Source of the DNA: Candidatus Magasanikbacteria bacterium RIFOXYC2_FULL_42_28
Lineage (GTDB): Bacteria; Patescibacteriota; Patescibacteriia; Magasanikbacterales; GWA2-37-8
Direction of reading: 5' to 3'
NCBI GenBank assembly: GCA_001784435.1
Contig: MFQZ01000010.1
Location: 105,960-169,959, forward strand
DNA length: 64,000 nucleotides
Shown here: positions 8,818 to 19,203 of the stretch, piece after piece
How positions within the stretch are numbered: the first letter of the stretch is position 1
Layout: the number at the start of each line of letters is the position of its first letter
Program-made: the position numbers and the translations under genes
The notes under the pieces: generated by a model
Told to the model about the DNA's origin: nothing
The model's input: the letters and a program-made list of their open reading frames with translations, nothing else
Database searches by the model: none

Positions 8818-11800
8818 ATGTCCGATTTTGTTCACTTACACGTCCACAGCCACTACTCGCTTTTAGACGCCGTGTCTAAAATTGATGAGTTAGTCAAGAC
8901 CGCCAAAAAGCGTGGTTTTTCGGCTTTGGCTTTGACTGATCATGGGAATTTGTATGGGGCGATTGAATTTTATGAGGCGTGTAAAAAGGAAGACATTAAG
9001 CCGATTATTGGCGTGGAGGCGTATATCGCGCCCGTAAATCGATTTGAACAGGACCCATCTAATCGGTATCACCATTTGGTATTGTTAGCAGTTAACGAAA
9101 CCGGTTATCGAAATTTAATTAAATTGGTATCGCTGGCGCATTTGGAAGGATTTTATTATAAGCCCCGAATGGATAAAGAATTATTGCGGGCGCATCACGA
9201 AGGACTAATTGCGTTGTCGGCTTGTCAGAGTGGGGAAGTGTTAAAAAATTTTAAAAATGGCAATTTTGAAGGCGCGAAAGCGTCGGCTTTGGAATATTCG
9301 GAAATTTTTGGACCGGATAATTTTTATTTGGAATTGGGTGATTTGCCGGCGTTGTCCGGGCAAACAGAATTAAACAATCAGGTGATAGAATTATCAAAAG
9401 CCACTGGGCTACCACTCGTGGTTACACGCGATTGTCATTATTTAAATCCTGATGATGCCGAAGCGCGGGAAATTTTAACTTGTATTCGCGATGGCCGTAC
9501 GATTGACGAGCCGGATAGGCAAAGTTTGGCCGAGGTTGATTTGTCTCTGGCCACGGCCAAAGATATTGCTTCGCGTTTTAAACACATTCCCGAAGCGCTT
9601 GCCAATACCGTCAAAATTGCCGAACGCGTGAATTTAGAATTAGTTTTGAACAAATGGAATTTTGCGGATTTTCCAATTCCGAGTGGGAAAACCGCGGATG
9701 AATATTTGCGTGAACAGGTTTATGAAAAATTGCCTTTGAAAATTGCCATGACTGACGAGGTGAAAACTCGTATTGAGTATGAATTAGGTGTTATTTTTGG
9801 AAAAGGGTATTCCCCATATTTTTTAATTGTCGCCGACTATGTGCAATACGCGCGCGACCACGATATTATTGAAACCACTCGTGGCTCGGCCGCTGGATCC
9901 ATTGTCGCCTATGCCGTTGGAATTACGACTGTTAATCCGTTATATTTTAAATTGCCGTTTGAACGTTTCTTAAATCCATTTCGCCCGAGTGCGCCGGATG
10001 TGGACGCGGATTTTGCCGACGATAAGCGTGATGAAATGATTGCCTATGTTACCAAAAAATATGGCGCGGATAAAGTGGCGCAGATTATTACTTTTGGAAC
10101 AATGGCGGCGCGTGGGAGTGTGCGTGATGTCGGGCGCGCGCTTGGCTACTCTTATGGATTTTGCGATCAAGTTTCTAAATTAATTCCCTTTGGCGCGCAA
10201 GGTTTCCAGATGACAATTACGAAAGCATTGGATTTGGAACCGGATTTAAAAAAGAAATATAACGAAGATCCGAAGGTGCGGCGTTTGATTGACCTGGCGC
10301 GAAAAATTGAGGGTTGCGCCCGTCATACTTCTATTCACGCGGCCGGCGTGGTGATTTCGCCAACACCGTTAACGGATTTTACGCCCGTGCAACACGAAAC
10401 CGGTGGGGGGCGGGTTACTACCCAATACGAAATGCACGCGGTGGAAGCGGCTGGATTACTTAAAATGGATTTTTTGGGCATTCGCAATCTATCAATTTTG
10501 GGACACGCGGTGGAAATTATTAAAAAAACTACCGGTCAGAAAATTGATATTTTTAATATCCCTTGGGATGATAAAAAAACTTACGAAATGCTCGCGGCTG
10601 GGGACACGATGGGCGTGTTTCAATTATCATCTTCCGGCATGACGCGTTATTTAAAAGAATTAAAACCGGAAACGATTTTTGATATTATGGCGATGGTGGC
10701 GTTGTTTCGCCCGGGTCCGATGGAATCAATTCCGGAATATATTCGCCGAAAAAATAATCCCGAGGTGATTGAGTATTTACATCCGAAAATGGCGGATTAT
10801 TTAGATCAATCGCTTGGGCTAATCGTTTATCAGGACGATGTCCTCATGACTGCTATTAATTTGGCGGGATATAATTGGGAAGAGGCGGATAAATTTCGCA
10901 AAGCCATGGGTAAAAAAATTCCCGCGGAAATGGCCAAACAGGAAGAAAAATTTAGAAAAGGGTGCAAAGAATTTAGCCAAATATCCAAAGAAAATATTGA
11001 TATTTTATGGGAGCGGATTAAACCTTTCGCGGCTTACGGGTTCGGCAAAGCGCACGCGTCCAGTTATGGTGTCGTGGCCTATCAAACCGCTTATCTCAAA
11101 GCTAATTTCCCGCACCAATATATGACCGCGGTGTTAATCGCCGAGTCCGGTGATATGGACAAAGTGCCGGAAATTATTCATGAATGCGAACGGATGGGCG
11201 TGAAAGTTAAACCGCCGGATATTAATGAAAGTTTTAAAAATTTCGCGCTTGTGGGTTGGGAAAAAAATGACGGTTCGGCGCATATTCGTTTTGGTTTGTC
11301 AGCGATTAAAAATTTGGGCGAACACATTGCCGAAGAAATTTATCGGGAGCGTAAAGAACGCGGGGCTTACAAAGATTTGAAAGATTTATTGACGCGGGTG
11401 ACTGATAAGGACTTAAATAAAAAATCTTTGGAAAGTTTGGCCAAGTGCGGGGCATTGGATAGTTTTGGAATTGAACGCGGGAAATTAATCGCCAATACCG
11501 AAAATATGTTGGCGTTTTCGCGCGCGTCCAATGAGCAATTGGCTTCAACGCAGAATTCGTTATTCGCCGGCGCGGGGATTGATTTTGCTTTAAAATTGAA
11601 ATTAGAGGAGGCACCACCGGTTGGTTTAGACGAGAAGATAGGTTGGGAAAAAGAATTATTGGGTTTGTATGTTACCGCTCACCCCTACGCGCCCTGGCAG
11701 AAAAAAATGGCAAAAATTTCGATTTTAATTCGGGATTTGGGGCAGGCGAAGCGATCCGATTGGGTTACCGTGGGTGGAATTGTCTCGGCCACGAAAAAGA

Positions 11801-12288
11801 AAATTACGCGCAGTGGCGCGGCGATGATGTTCGTTACGATTGAAGACACGAGTTCCAGTTTGGAATTGTTGGTTTTTCCGCGCACTTACGAAACGACGAA
11901 AGATATTTGGCAAGAAGGAAAAATTGTGTGCGTGATGGGGAAAACTTCGGAGAGTGAAGATGATGATAAATTGTTTGTAGAGCGGGCGTATGAATTGACC
12001 GAGGAAACCGCGCCGGCGATTATCGCGCAATTGGGTTTTGGTCAAGTTTCCACGCAGACATTTACTCGCCCCGAGCCAAAAGAAAAAGTGCGCGTGACGG
12101 GGGATATGATAGAAATATTAGTTCCGGAAAAAATGCCGCCGGCCTTAGCACAAAATTTAAAAGAAATTTTAACAAAATATCCGGGGGATAAGGTTGTTTA
12201 TTTATTGGCCGGGGAGAAAAAAATAAAGACCTCTTTTAGGGTGGCAATTGACGGGGGAGTGTTTAAAGAATTAGAGAGTCTTGTTTAA
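8818..12288 (+). CDS. dnaE: DNA polymerase III alpha subunit
   Basis: N-terminal PHP HLHVHSHYSLLDAV; 1156 aa with polymerase core, HhH and OB regions. Confidence 0.95.
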   Translation: MSDFVHLHVHSHYSLLDAVSKIDELVKTAKKRGFSALALTDHGNLYGAIEFYEACKKEDIKPIIGVEAYIAPVNRFEQDPSNRYHHLVLLAVNETGYRNLIKLVSLAHLEGFYYKPRMDKELLRAHHEGLIALSACQSGEVLKNFKNGNFEGAKASALEYSEIFGPDNFYLELGDLPALSGQTELNNQVIELSKATGLPLVVTRDCHYLNPDDAEAREILTCIRDGRTIDEPDRQSLAEVDLSLATAKDIASRFKHIPEALANTVKIAERVNLELVLNKWNFADFPIPSGKTADEYLREQVYEKLPLKIAMTDEVKTRIEYELGVIFGKGYSPYFLIVADYVQYARDHDIIETTRGSAAGSIVAYAVGITTVNPLYFKLPFERFLNPFRPSAPDVDADFADDKRDEMIAYVTKKYGADKVAQIITFGTMAARGSVRDVGRALGYSYGFCDQVSKLIPFGAQGFQMTITKALDLEPDLKKKYNEDPKVRRLIDLARKIEGCARHTSIHAAGVVISPTPLTDFTPVQHETGGGRVTTQYEMHAVEAAGLLKMDFLGIRNLSILGHAVEIIKKTTGQKIDIFNIPWDDKKTYEMLAAGDTMGVFQLSSSGMTRYLKELKPETIFDIMAMVALFRPGPMESIPEYIRRKNNPEVIEYLHPKMADYLDQSLGLIVYQDDVLMTAINLAGYNWEEADKFRKAMGKKIPAEMAKQEEKFRKGCKEFSQISKENIDILWERIKPFAAYGFGKAHASSYGVVAYQTAYLKANFPHQYMTAVLIAESGDMDKVPEIIHECERMGVKVKPPDINESFKNFALVGWEKNDGSAHIRFGLSAIKNLGEHIAEEIYRERKERGAYKDLKDLLTRVTDKDLNKKSLESLAKCGALDSFGIERGKLIANTENMLAFSRASNEQLASTQNSLFAGAGIDFALKLKLEEAPPVGLDEKIGWEKELLGLYVTAHPYAPWQKKMAKISILIRDLGQAKRSDWVTVGGIVSATKKKITRSGAAMMFVTIEDTSSSLELLVFPRTYETTKDIWQEGKIVCVMGKTSESEDDDKLFVERAYELTEETAPAIIAQLGFGQVSTQTFTRPEPKEKVRVTGDMIEILVPEKMPPALAQNLKEILTKYPGDKVVYLLAGEKKIKTSFRVAIDGGVFKELESLV

Positions 12289-12350
12289 TAAGAGGTTTTT
12301 TGTTATAATAAATACAGGGTAGTTAACTAGTTTATTTTTATTATAATTAT

Positions 12351-14600
12351 ATGTCAAAACTAACACCAGGTGAACGTATTGGACAGGAATCAAAAGTTGA
12401 TGTAAACGGGTTAAGCGAACTGGATCAATTAATTGCGGATGCGGAAATGGCGGCGCGGGAAGCGCAGCAGTTGGCCGTGACCGAAGAAATGGCAACAACG
12501 CGAACAAAAAAACAATCTTCCGCTGAATCCGCGACGCGCGTCGAAGAATTACAACAATGGTATGCCGGATTAAGGGCGGACGATGCTTTTGTCGCGGATT
12601 ACGCGTACGAACAGGTTTTTGTAGCCGCTGAAGCTGAAACCGGCATTGCGACGTCGGAAAAAATCCACGGAATAATAGCCGCGTTAAAGAAAGCCGGGGA
12701 TGCGTTAAAAAACATTGGAGCGGTTGAACCCAAAACCGACGCGCTATTGAACAAAATGGACGCATTGCAGAAATTGCATGATAAACTTTTTGAGCAGATA
12801 CAGGCCGCGGCGGTGGACGTTTTGGACGCGGTAAAGCAGAAGTATAAGGGCGAGGAAACAGATTTTGAAAAGCGCTACCAGACACTAATCAACAGTCCAT
12901 TGGTGCGGGGCGTTGAGTTTGATCCCAACAGTCCGGAGGCGCGTGAACGAGCGTTAAAACAAGAGATTGTAGAAGTATTATTGCGGCCAGTGGCGGAAAA
13001 TCGTTTAAAGGCAATTGAGAAGATGATTGTGGACGCGCAGGCGAGGATTGAACAAATAGAAGATAAAGTGTATACAAAAATGGATCGGTTGCGTTCTCCT
13101 GGTGGCTATGAAAACCAGCAAAGTAAAAAAGCAGAGGCGTTAAGTATTGCTCGTGATTTAGGATTGGTTAGTAAAGATGATTCTCGTAATTATGGAAACG
13201 ATAATTTTACAGTGGCTGATTTAAATAGGTTAGCGTCTGATAAAATCAAGTCGCTCAGTGAATCAATCCGCATGCTTGAGTTAATTCTCGCCAGAGAGCG
13301 ATTGGCATTTGAAGTAAATCGCATGGTGGTTGAAGACGCTATTGACGATGAGCACATTGATGATGAGCACGATGAGGATGTTTTACGCGAGGCAATGGTG
13401 GAGCTACGTACTTTTTTAACTATATTACGCAATAACAGTAACCCGAATAGAGATTTTAGTAGAGATGTGCCTCCTCCCCAGAGTGGGTTGGCCGTCAAAG
13501 TTTTGGCGCAGTACCAGCAATTTGCTGTTTCGACGTCTGACGGATCTATCGGCCAAAATTCTATTTATGAAATTCACGCTCTTGACCCGGGGGCGCAACT
13601 TCTTGGCCAGACGGGAATTAGCCGGGAATATCCTAGGGAGACCAGGGAGGAAGGGTATTTGCGCTACCAATTGCGAAAGCTTAATTTGCAGCCGCGATTA
13701 TCCGGAGTTGATATCGAAAATTCGTTGTTGCGTAATTTTGATATTCAGAGTCAGAGTTTGACCCCAGGGTCATTACGTGGTGATTATAACCAAATAGCTA
13801 GACAACATAAAGATAATAAAGAAAAGCGTCCAGAAGTTGCCAAATTTTTGGCAGAATTTCCAACCGCAGAATCTTTTTTAAAACATATGTTCGCTGGGCA
13901 GGGCAAACTATTTAATTTGCGTCGCGCTTATAATAAAGTTGACGCGGGTTTGAGCAACAAAAAAAATGTGGCGGCCGTACCAGAGGGGTTAATTGAAGTG
14001 GGGTGGACTGAATCAACATTAGGGGCATTAGTGGAGCCGGGACAAAACGCGCGTGGGGTGGATGGTAAATACGCGCGCCTTTTGGAACATTTATCAGAAC
14101 CGCAGCTTGAGGCCGAACGCGCGTTTGATATTCGTGGCGAACGGGGTGAATTTAAGGTATATACCATAGAACAAGCGGTAGATCTTTTGCGCCGGGCTCG
14201 TCGGGATGTAAGGGCACTCGTGGGCGACTCCGATCGTGAGACCAAAAATGTGAAAGCGGATAAAAATAAAGATGAAATCAAAATTGCCGGTTTGTCAGCA
14301 GAGGTGGACGCTTTGAAAAAGAAGTTGGAGAGTGCGCTTGAAGGTGCTAAGCAAGCTGGGAAATCTGTTACGATTGCCAACAAAGAACGAGATCAAGCTA
14401 AAGAAGCGGCTGATCGTCATCAACGTAATGTTGGCACACTTCAGCAAGCCAACAAGCAACTAGAGGACCAACTAGAGGACAGTGTGCAAAGCGTATTGGC
14501 TGGTCTGAAGAGCGCGTTAGAGGCAAAATCTGGATTTTTAGGGGGTGAAAAAGATTTGAGGGCTGCGGTTGAAAGGTTGATGCGACAGCTTGAGAAATAA
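12351..14600 (+). CDS. hypothetical protein, 749 aa, coiled-coil rich
   Basis: Long ORF with no recognisable catalytic motif; heptad-like Glu/Lys/Ala/Leu-rich stretches. Confidence 0.4.
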   Translation: MSKLTPGERIGQESKVDVNGLSELDQLIADAEMAAREAQQLAVTEEMATTRTKKQSSAESATRVEELQQWYAGLRADDAFVADYAYEQVFVAAEAETGIATSEKIHGIIAALKKAGDALKNIGAVEPKTDALLNKMDALQKLHDKLFEQIQAAAVDVLDAVKQKYKGEETDFEKRYQTLINSPLVRGVEFDPNSPEARERALKQEIVEVLLRPVAENRLKAIEKMIVDAQARIEQIEDKVYTKMDRLRSPGGYENQQSKKAEALSIARDLGLVSKDDSRNYGNDNFTVADLNRLASDKIKSLSESIRMLELILARERLAFEVNRMVVEDAIDDEHIDDEHDEDVLREAMVELRTFLTILRNNSNPNRDFSRDVPPPQSGLAVKVLAQYQQFAVSTSDGSIGQNSIYEIHALDPGAQLLGQTGISREYPRETREEGYLRYQLRKLNLQPRLSGVDIENSLLRNFDIQSQSLTPGSLRGDYNQIARQHKDNKEKRPEVAKFLAEFPTAESFLKHMFAGQGKLFNLRRAYNKVDAGLSNKKNVAAVPEGLIEVGWTESTLGALVEPGQNARGVDGKYARLLEHLSEPQLEAERAFDIRGERGEFKVYTIEQAVDLLRRARRDVRALVGDSDRETKNVKADKNKDEIKIAGLSAEVDALKKKLESALEGAKQAGKSVTIANKERDQAKEAADRHQRNVGTLQQANKQLEDQLEDSVQSVLAGLKSALEAKSGFLGGEKDLRAAVERLMRQLEK

Positions 14601-14605
14601 TTTTG

Positions 14606-15733
14606 TTATTCTATTTCCCAATTCGGATCAGCATTAAGAATTCGCCAATCGGTGAATTCTTTTTTTTGCGCTTGGTAATATCCAGCGACGGCGATCATGG
14701 CGGCGTTGTCCATGCAATATTTTAAATTTGGAATAAGTAGTTCATGGCCAATAGATTGCGATTCGTGAGCGAGCGTTTCGCGCAACTTTTCATTGGCCGC
14801 CACGCCACCACCCAAAATTATAGTTTTAGGATTATAAAGTTTGGCGGCTTTTAAAGTTTTGCCTACCAAGACATCAACAATTGCTTGTTCAAAAGACGCG
14901 CAGAAGTCGTTGACACTCGGTTTGTCATTGCGAGGAGTGAAACTACGAAGCAATCCCATGACTGTTGGCCAGAGATTGCCGCGCTCCCTACGGTCGCTCG
15001 CAATGACAGTGCCGGCGAGTTTATTATCGCGCAACCAATACAGAGCCGCTGTTTTTAATCCGGAAAAACTAAACTCCAAATTATCATCTTTTAGCATCGG
15101 CCGTGGAAAATCAATCGCGTCCGTTCGTCCGGTCTTCGCCAACTCCGAAATTTTTGGTCCACCCGGGTATTCTAACTCTAAAAGTTTTGCCACTTTATCA
15201 AAACATTCACCGGCGGCATCATCACGCGTCGCGCCGATTTTTTTGTATTCATTTGCCGAGTTCATTAAAATTAATTCCGTATGCCCACCACTCACAATCA
15301 GTGCGAGCGCCGGATATTCAATTGTCGTCACCGTATTGTCATCCCGATGAAAATCGGGATCTCTGTCCGTCTGTATTTCCACCGAGTGGCTGTGCCCCCA
15401 AATATGATTAACCGCAACAATAGGCACATTCCAAACCATACTCAAAGTCCGCGCCGCCTCTACGCCAACAATTAAACCGGTAATTAGTCCCGGTCCAGCC
15501 GTAACAGCAATCACATCCGGCCGTGGTTGGTTTTTTAAAACCTCTTCAATCAAAGGCACAATCTTCTCCGCGTGCGCTCTACCAGCCAATTCCGGCACCA
15601 CCCCACCATATTTTTTATGCAAATCAATTTGCGATACTGCCGATTCACGAACAACAAAACAGCCCTCGGGAGAACAATCCACAAGGGCCACCGCGGTATC
15701 GTCGCAAGATGATTCAATGCCGAGAATCAACAT
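14606..15733 (-). CDS. tsaD: tRNA N6-adenosine threonylcarbamoyltransferase
   Basis: MLILGIESSCDDTAVALV and the Kae1/YgjD fold; carries two in-frame repeat insertions. Confidence 0.9.
   Translation of the reverse strand: MLILGIESSCDDTAVALVDCSPEGCFVVRESAVSQIDLHKKYGGVVPELAGRAHAEKIVPLIEEVLKNQPRPDVIAVTAGPGLITGLIVGVEAARTLSMVWNVPIVAVNHIWGHSHSVEIQTDRDPDFHRDDNTVTTIEYPALALIVSGGHTELILMNSANEYKKIGATRDDAAGECFDKVAKLLELEYPGGPKISELAKTGRTDAIDFPRPMLKDDNLEFSFSGLKTAALYWLRDNKLAGTVIASDRRERGNLWPTVMGLLRSFTPRNDKPSVNDFCASFEQAIVDVLVGKTLKAAKLYNPKTIILGGGVAANEKLRETLAHESQSIGHELLIPNLKYCMDNAAMIAVAGYYQAQKKEFTDWRILNADPNWEIE
14922..15009. repeat. family B palindromic repeat in frame inside tsaD
   Basis: ttgtcattgcgag...ctcgcaatgaca; encodes about 29 aa (..DRRERGNLWPTVMGLLRSFTPRNDK) on the - strand. 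Confidence 0.7.
15337..15372. repeat. family A repeat in frame inside tsaD
   Basis: ttgtcatcccgatgaaaatcgggatctctgtccgtctg; encodes TDRDPDFHRDDNT on the - strand. Confidence 0.75.
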
Positions 15734-15737
15734 AGTG

Positions 15738-15809
15738 TCAGAGGAGAGAGTCGAACTCTCGACCTAAGGGTTATGAATCCTTCGCTCTTACCAACTGAGC
15801 TACTCTGAC
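15738..15809 (-). tRNA. tRNA with CAU anticodon (Met, or Ile2 if lysidinylated)
   Basis: Reverse complement folds: acceptor GTCAGAG/CTCTGAC, D stem GCTC/GAGC, anticodon loop TTCATAA, T arm GAGAG-TTCGACT-CTCTC; CCA not encoded. Confidence 0.8.
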
Positions 15810-15852
15810 GTTGGCCTGTATTATAGCGGAAATTAAGGAAAAGTCAATCTTT

Positions 15853-17061
15853 TCATTCAACATCCGGCTGAATTTCTATTTTACCGGTAATATCGCTTAA
15901 AAAATGAATTTCCAGACCGTGCTTTGTTTTAACTAATTTAAAATCATCATTAAAATTTTCTGGCACAATTTGTTTGCCGGTAAAGTGCGAAGTTTCAAAA
16001 TGGGGGAGTTGGCCACGGAATTCTTTTTTCTGGCGTAATTCACGCATAATTTTTTGTCCGGTGGCGACGCTTGTGCGTAAATGCGCAGTGCCTGGCACGG
16101 GCATGGCGTGCGATAAATAATGGAGACGAACATTTTCTTGGCGAAGCGCACGGAATAAATCTGTCAAAATTTCGGTATTGTCGTTTATGTTTTTTAATAA
16201 AACCGTTTGATTATACACGCCAATGCCAGCACGGCGCAATGAGCGAATAGCGTTAAGCGCTTCCGGTGATAATTCATTGAGATGATTAAAATGCACCCCG
16301 ATTTCGATACTAACACCTCGTTCGCGTCCTTTAATATTCCAACTGTCTGCTTGAATTTTTGCTAAAGTATTAACAAACTTTTTATCTATTCTAAACGGAT
16401 TATGTAAAAGCGCGCGGGTGTTTAAACGAATGGTAGAAACATGCGGAATTTTGATAATCTCCCCGAGGTAGTGAAATAATAATTGGTCGGGGATAATCAT
16501 CGGGTCGCCGCCGCTAATTAAAATTTGGCGAACGGATTTTTGCGCGGAAATTGTTTCCAGCGCTTTTTTAAATTGGATCGGGCCAATGGCAGTGCGGACG
16601 GAATTGCGCAAAGTGCGTTCTTTTTCAAAACAAAAACGGCAAAAGGCATTACAGGTGCTCGCCAAGCGCAATAAAATAATGTCCGGATATTTTTGCTGGA
16701 TAAAACGATTGGCGCCGTCGGCAAAATCCTTGGGTTGTTCCCATACTTTACTTAGCGCGTAGCGGTCGGGTTTAAATTCAGCTTCACTGGGAATATGTTG
16801 CAAGCGAATCGGGTCGGTTGGGTTTTTCCAATCAATTAGCGAAACTAAAAAAGGCGTTAAGCGCACCGCGTCTAACCCGGGTTCGGCCAGTTTAGCAAAC
16901 AAAGCCATTAGTTTTTTAGATTCGGATTTTGGCAAATTAGCCACCGCGCCCAGTTGTTCGGCCGTATTGATATTATTGGCCAATTGCCAACGCCAGTCGT
17001 GCCACTTGGCGATAGTGACACCTTGTTTTATATAGTATTTTGGAATTGTTGATTTTACCAT
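15853..17061 (-). CDS. KamA-family radical SAM enzyme (lysine 2,3-aminomutase-like)
   Basis: Radical SAM motif CNAFCRFCFEK; 402 aa, length and motifs of the KamA/EpmB family. Confidence 0.8.
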   Translation of the reverse strand: MVKSTIPKYYIKQGVTIAKWHDWRWQLANNINTAEQLGAVANLPKSESKKLMALFAKLAEPGLDAVRLTPFLVSLIDWKNPTDPIRLQHIPSEAEFKPDRYALSKVWEQPKDFADGANRFIQQKYPDIILLRLASTCNAFCRFCFEKERTLRNSVRTAIGPIQFKKALETISAQKSVRQILISGGDPMIIPDQLLFHYLGEIIKIPHVSTIRLNTRALLHNPFRIDKKFVNTLAKIQADSWNIKGRERGVSIEIGVHFNHLNELSPEALNAIRSLRRAGIGVYNQTVLLKNINDNTEILTDLFRALRQENVRLHYLSHAMPVPGTAHLRTSVATGQKIMRELRQKKEFRGQLPHFETSHFTGKQIVPENFNDDFKLVKTKHGLEIHFLSDITGKIEIQPDVE

Positions 17062-17106
17062 ATTATATAAAAACTTCGCTGTTTAAACGAAGTTCTAATT
17101 TTTTTG

Positions 17107-17178
17107 TGATCCCATCGGGAATCGAACCCGAATTTTCGCCTTGAAAGGGCAACGTCCTAACCGTTAGACGATGGGACC
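17107..17178 (-). tRNA. tRNA-Glu (UUC)
   Basis: Reverse complement GGTCCCATCGTCTAACGGTTAGGACGTTGCCCTTTCAAGGCGAAAATTCGGGTTCGATTCCCGATGGGATCA folds as a cloverleaf, anticodon loop CTTTCAA. Confidence 0.9.
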
Positions 17179-17226
17179 ATGTTTGGCCGATATTATACAG
17201 TATTTTTTCAAAATGTCAACTTTCGG

Positions 17227-18318
17227 TTAATTTCCTTGTAGCAGTTTTAAGCGGTTTTTTATTCCGGGTAAAGATTTTAAATAGGCGAGTAGGCGCAATA
17301 GTCCTCCCAATCGACCGTTTAATCTGAATGGTCCGGCCATGCCGGCGGCTGTACCGGCTCCGGTCATCATCAAAAATCCCTGCATTTTAAATTTGTTTGG
17401 TGATAGCGTATGTTGCACAGCGTGGGCAAGTATATTTTTAGCCACTAAATTACCTTCATACTCCGCCGCTTGGGCGGTTTTTAAATTGGGAGAGTTACTG
17501 ACATCACCGGCGGCAAAAATATTTTCGTCAATGGTTTGTAAAAATTCATTAACTTTAATTTGTCCGCGTTCATCCAAAAATTCCGGCGCGCAAAATTTGA
17601 CATTGGCGCGGCCACCCGCCGTCAAGATATTTAATTCACTATTGTGCAGATTGGTTCCGCAGACCACACCTTCGGGGCAGAGGCGGGTAATAGTTTGATT
17701 CGGTATAAAATTAATATTGTGAGTTTTAAAAATTTTTACTAAAAGCGTGGCGAGCCAGGCCGGGTTATTGTTAATCGGCAGGGGTAGGTTATGGAATAAA
17801 TTAATTTGCCATTTCTCCGTTCGCGCTTTTAGATAAGTGGCGAGCGCCAAAGCCGTTTCCACGCCGGTCGCGCCCGCGCCAATGATATTGACCGCGATTG
17901 TTCCGCCGACTTTAATTTTGGTTTTTAAATAATCACTAATTTTTACCACATCGGCCACGGATTTAAATAAAATACTGTTTTGCTCGTTTCCTTCAATTGC
18001 CATTTTTCCGTCCATGCCGGTAGCGATTAAAAGATAGTCATATTCGGCGGTGGATTTTTCGCCACGAACTATTTTGGTCGTGGCATCAACGCCAACAACT
18101 TTTTCCGTGAGTAATTGGAAATTTTTATAACCCAAAAGTGGCGCAAACGAAAATTCCGCGAGCATTGGTTTATCTTTAATTAGCGCGTCTGGCAAAAGCG
18201 GTGAAAATTCAAAAACCGCCCGCGGGTTAAACATGGTAACGCTAAAATTATTTTTTAGGAGTTTTAAACCGGCGGTGATACCGGCAAAGCCGCCGCCGGT
18301 GATTATTACTTTTTTCAT
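17227..18318 (-). CDS. FAD/NAD(P)-binding oxidoreductase, type II NADH dehydrogenase-like
   Basis: Two dinucleotide-binding motifs GGGFAG and GAGATGVE. Confidence 0.65.
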   Translation of the reverse strand: MKKVIITGGGFAGITAGLKLLKNNFSVTMFNPRAVFEFSPLLPDALIKDKPMLAEFSFAPLLGYKNFQLLTEKVVGVDATTKIVRGEKSTAEYDYLLIATGMDGKMAIEGNEQNSILFKSVADVVKISDYLKTKIKVGGTIAVNIIGAGATGVETALALATYLKARTEKWQINLFHNLPLPINNNPAWLATLLVKIFKTHNINFIPNQTITRLCPEGVVCGTNLHNSELNILTAGGRANVKFCAPEFLDERGQIKVNEFLQTIDENIFAAGDVSNSPNLKTAQAAEYEGNLVAKNILAHAVQHTLSPNKFKMQGFLMMTGAGTAAGMAGPFRLNGRLGGLLRLLAYLKSLPGIKNRLKLLQGN

Positions 18319-18401
18319 ATGTTATATTTTACCTTGTTATCGGGGAAAAGGCAATTTTGTGTATTTCGTCTTGCTATTTTGCTATTTTTTTGATATAATG
18401 A

Positions 18402-18812
18402 TTGTATATGGAAAATAGTCAAAAAGACAAATTAGTTAAATATTGGGCAGACGGCTCAAAAAATTCTTTACGATTGGCCAGTGATGTTTTTGATAGTCGC
18501 CACTTTGACCACGCTTTGTTTTGCGGGCATTTGGCTTTGGAAAAATTATTTAAAGCCAAAGTAGTAAAAATTCTTAATAATCACGCTCCTCATTCTCACG
18601 ATTTATTATATTTGGCCGGTTTGTCTAAAATTGATTTAGACATAGAGCAGCAACAATTTCTGGCGCAGGTTAACAAATTCAACATTGAAGGTCGTTATCC
18701 GGAAGAAAAATCCGAATTTTATCATTTAGCCACAAAAAAATATGCCGGTGAGTGGTTAGAAAAAATCAAAAAATTTTATTTATGGTTATCAAAACAGAGC
18801 GGAAAAAACTAA
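18402..18812 (+). CDS. HEPN domain protein (HepT-like toxin component)
   Basis: HEPN-like helices and a His-rich motif HAPHSHDL; paired with a downstream nucleotidyltransferase. Confidence 0.6.
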   Translation: MYMENSQKDKLVKYWADGSKNSLRLASDVFDSRHFDHALFCGHLALEKLFKAKVVKILNNHAPHSHDLLYLAGLSKIDLDIEQQQFLAQVNKFNIEGRYPEEKSEFYHLATKKYAGEWLEKIKKFYLWLSKQSGKN

Positions 18813-19126
18813 GTTCGGCGCGCGTGCGAGTATTGGCGCGCAAATTGAAAAAGAATTTATTGCAAGAGGGTATGCCGGTGCGTGAATTATTTTTGTTTGG
18901 TTCATACGCGACCGGCCGGCCTCACCTTGACAGTGATATTGATGTCGCGGTAATTGTGCCATCGGGAATGACAGTGCGTGAACAAAAAAAAGCGCAACAA
19001 ATTACTTGGTTGACGAAGCAAACTAATGTTAAGTTTGAACCACATATTTTTAGCGAACGCGATTTTAACAATCGCTGGCTGTCTTTGCCGGCAGAAATCA
19101 AAAAACACGGTGTTAAAATTAGGTAG
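18782..19126 (+). CDS. minimal nucleotidyltransferase (MntA-like antitoxin component)
   Basis: LFGSYATGRPHLDSDIDVAV Pol-beta NTase motif; start taken at internal ATG 18782 overlapping the HEPN gene end. Confidence 0.65.
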   Translation: MVIKTERKKLSSARVRVLARKLKKNLLQEGMPVRELFLFGSYATGRPHLDSDIDVAVIVPSGMTVREQKKAQQITWLTKQTNVKFEPHIFSERDFNNRWLSLPAEIKKHGVKIR

Positions 19127-19155
19127 TATAATATCGGAAGGTGAAATAATTAAAA

Positions 19156-19189
19156 ATACCGTTTGCCAGCTGGCGAACGGTATTTTTTT
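19156..19189. terminator. bidirectional hairpin terminator between convergent MNT and hup
   Basis: ataccgtttgccagctggcgaacggtat followed by a T-run (an A-run on the opposite strand). Confidence 0.55.
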
Positions 19190-19203
19190 GTAGTAGGTTT
19201 TTT

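Noticed and set aside
12271-12885. 204 aa - strand ORF
   Set aside because: It overlaps the dnaE 3' end and the start of the 749 aa gene. It is Pro/Arg-rich and low complexity, the antisense of coding sequence.
15738-15809. Reading the tRNA anticodon as UCA (opal suppressor or Sec)
   Set aside because: That requires a misplaced anticodon loop. With U33 in its standard position the anticodon is CAU. There is an A31-C39 mismatch in the anticodon stem but the rest of the cloverleaf is regular.
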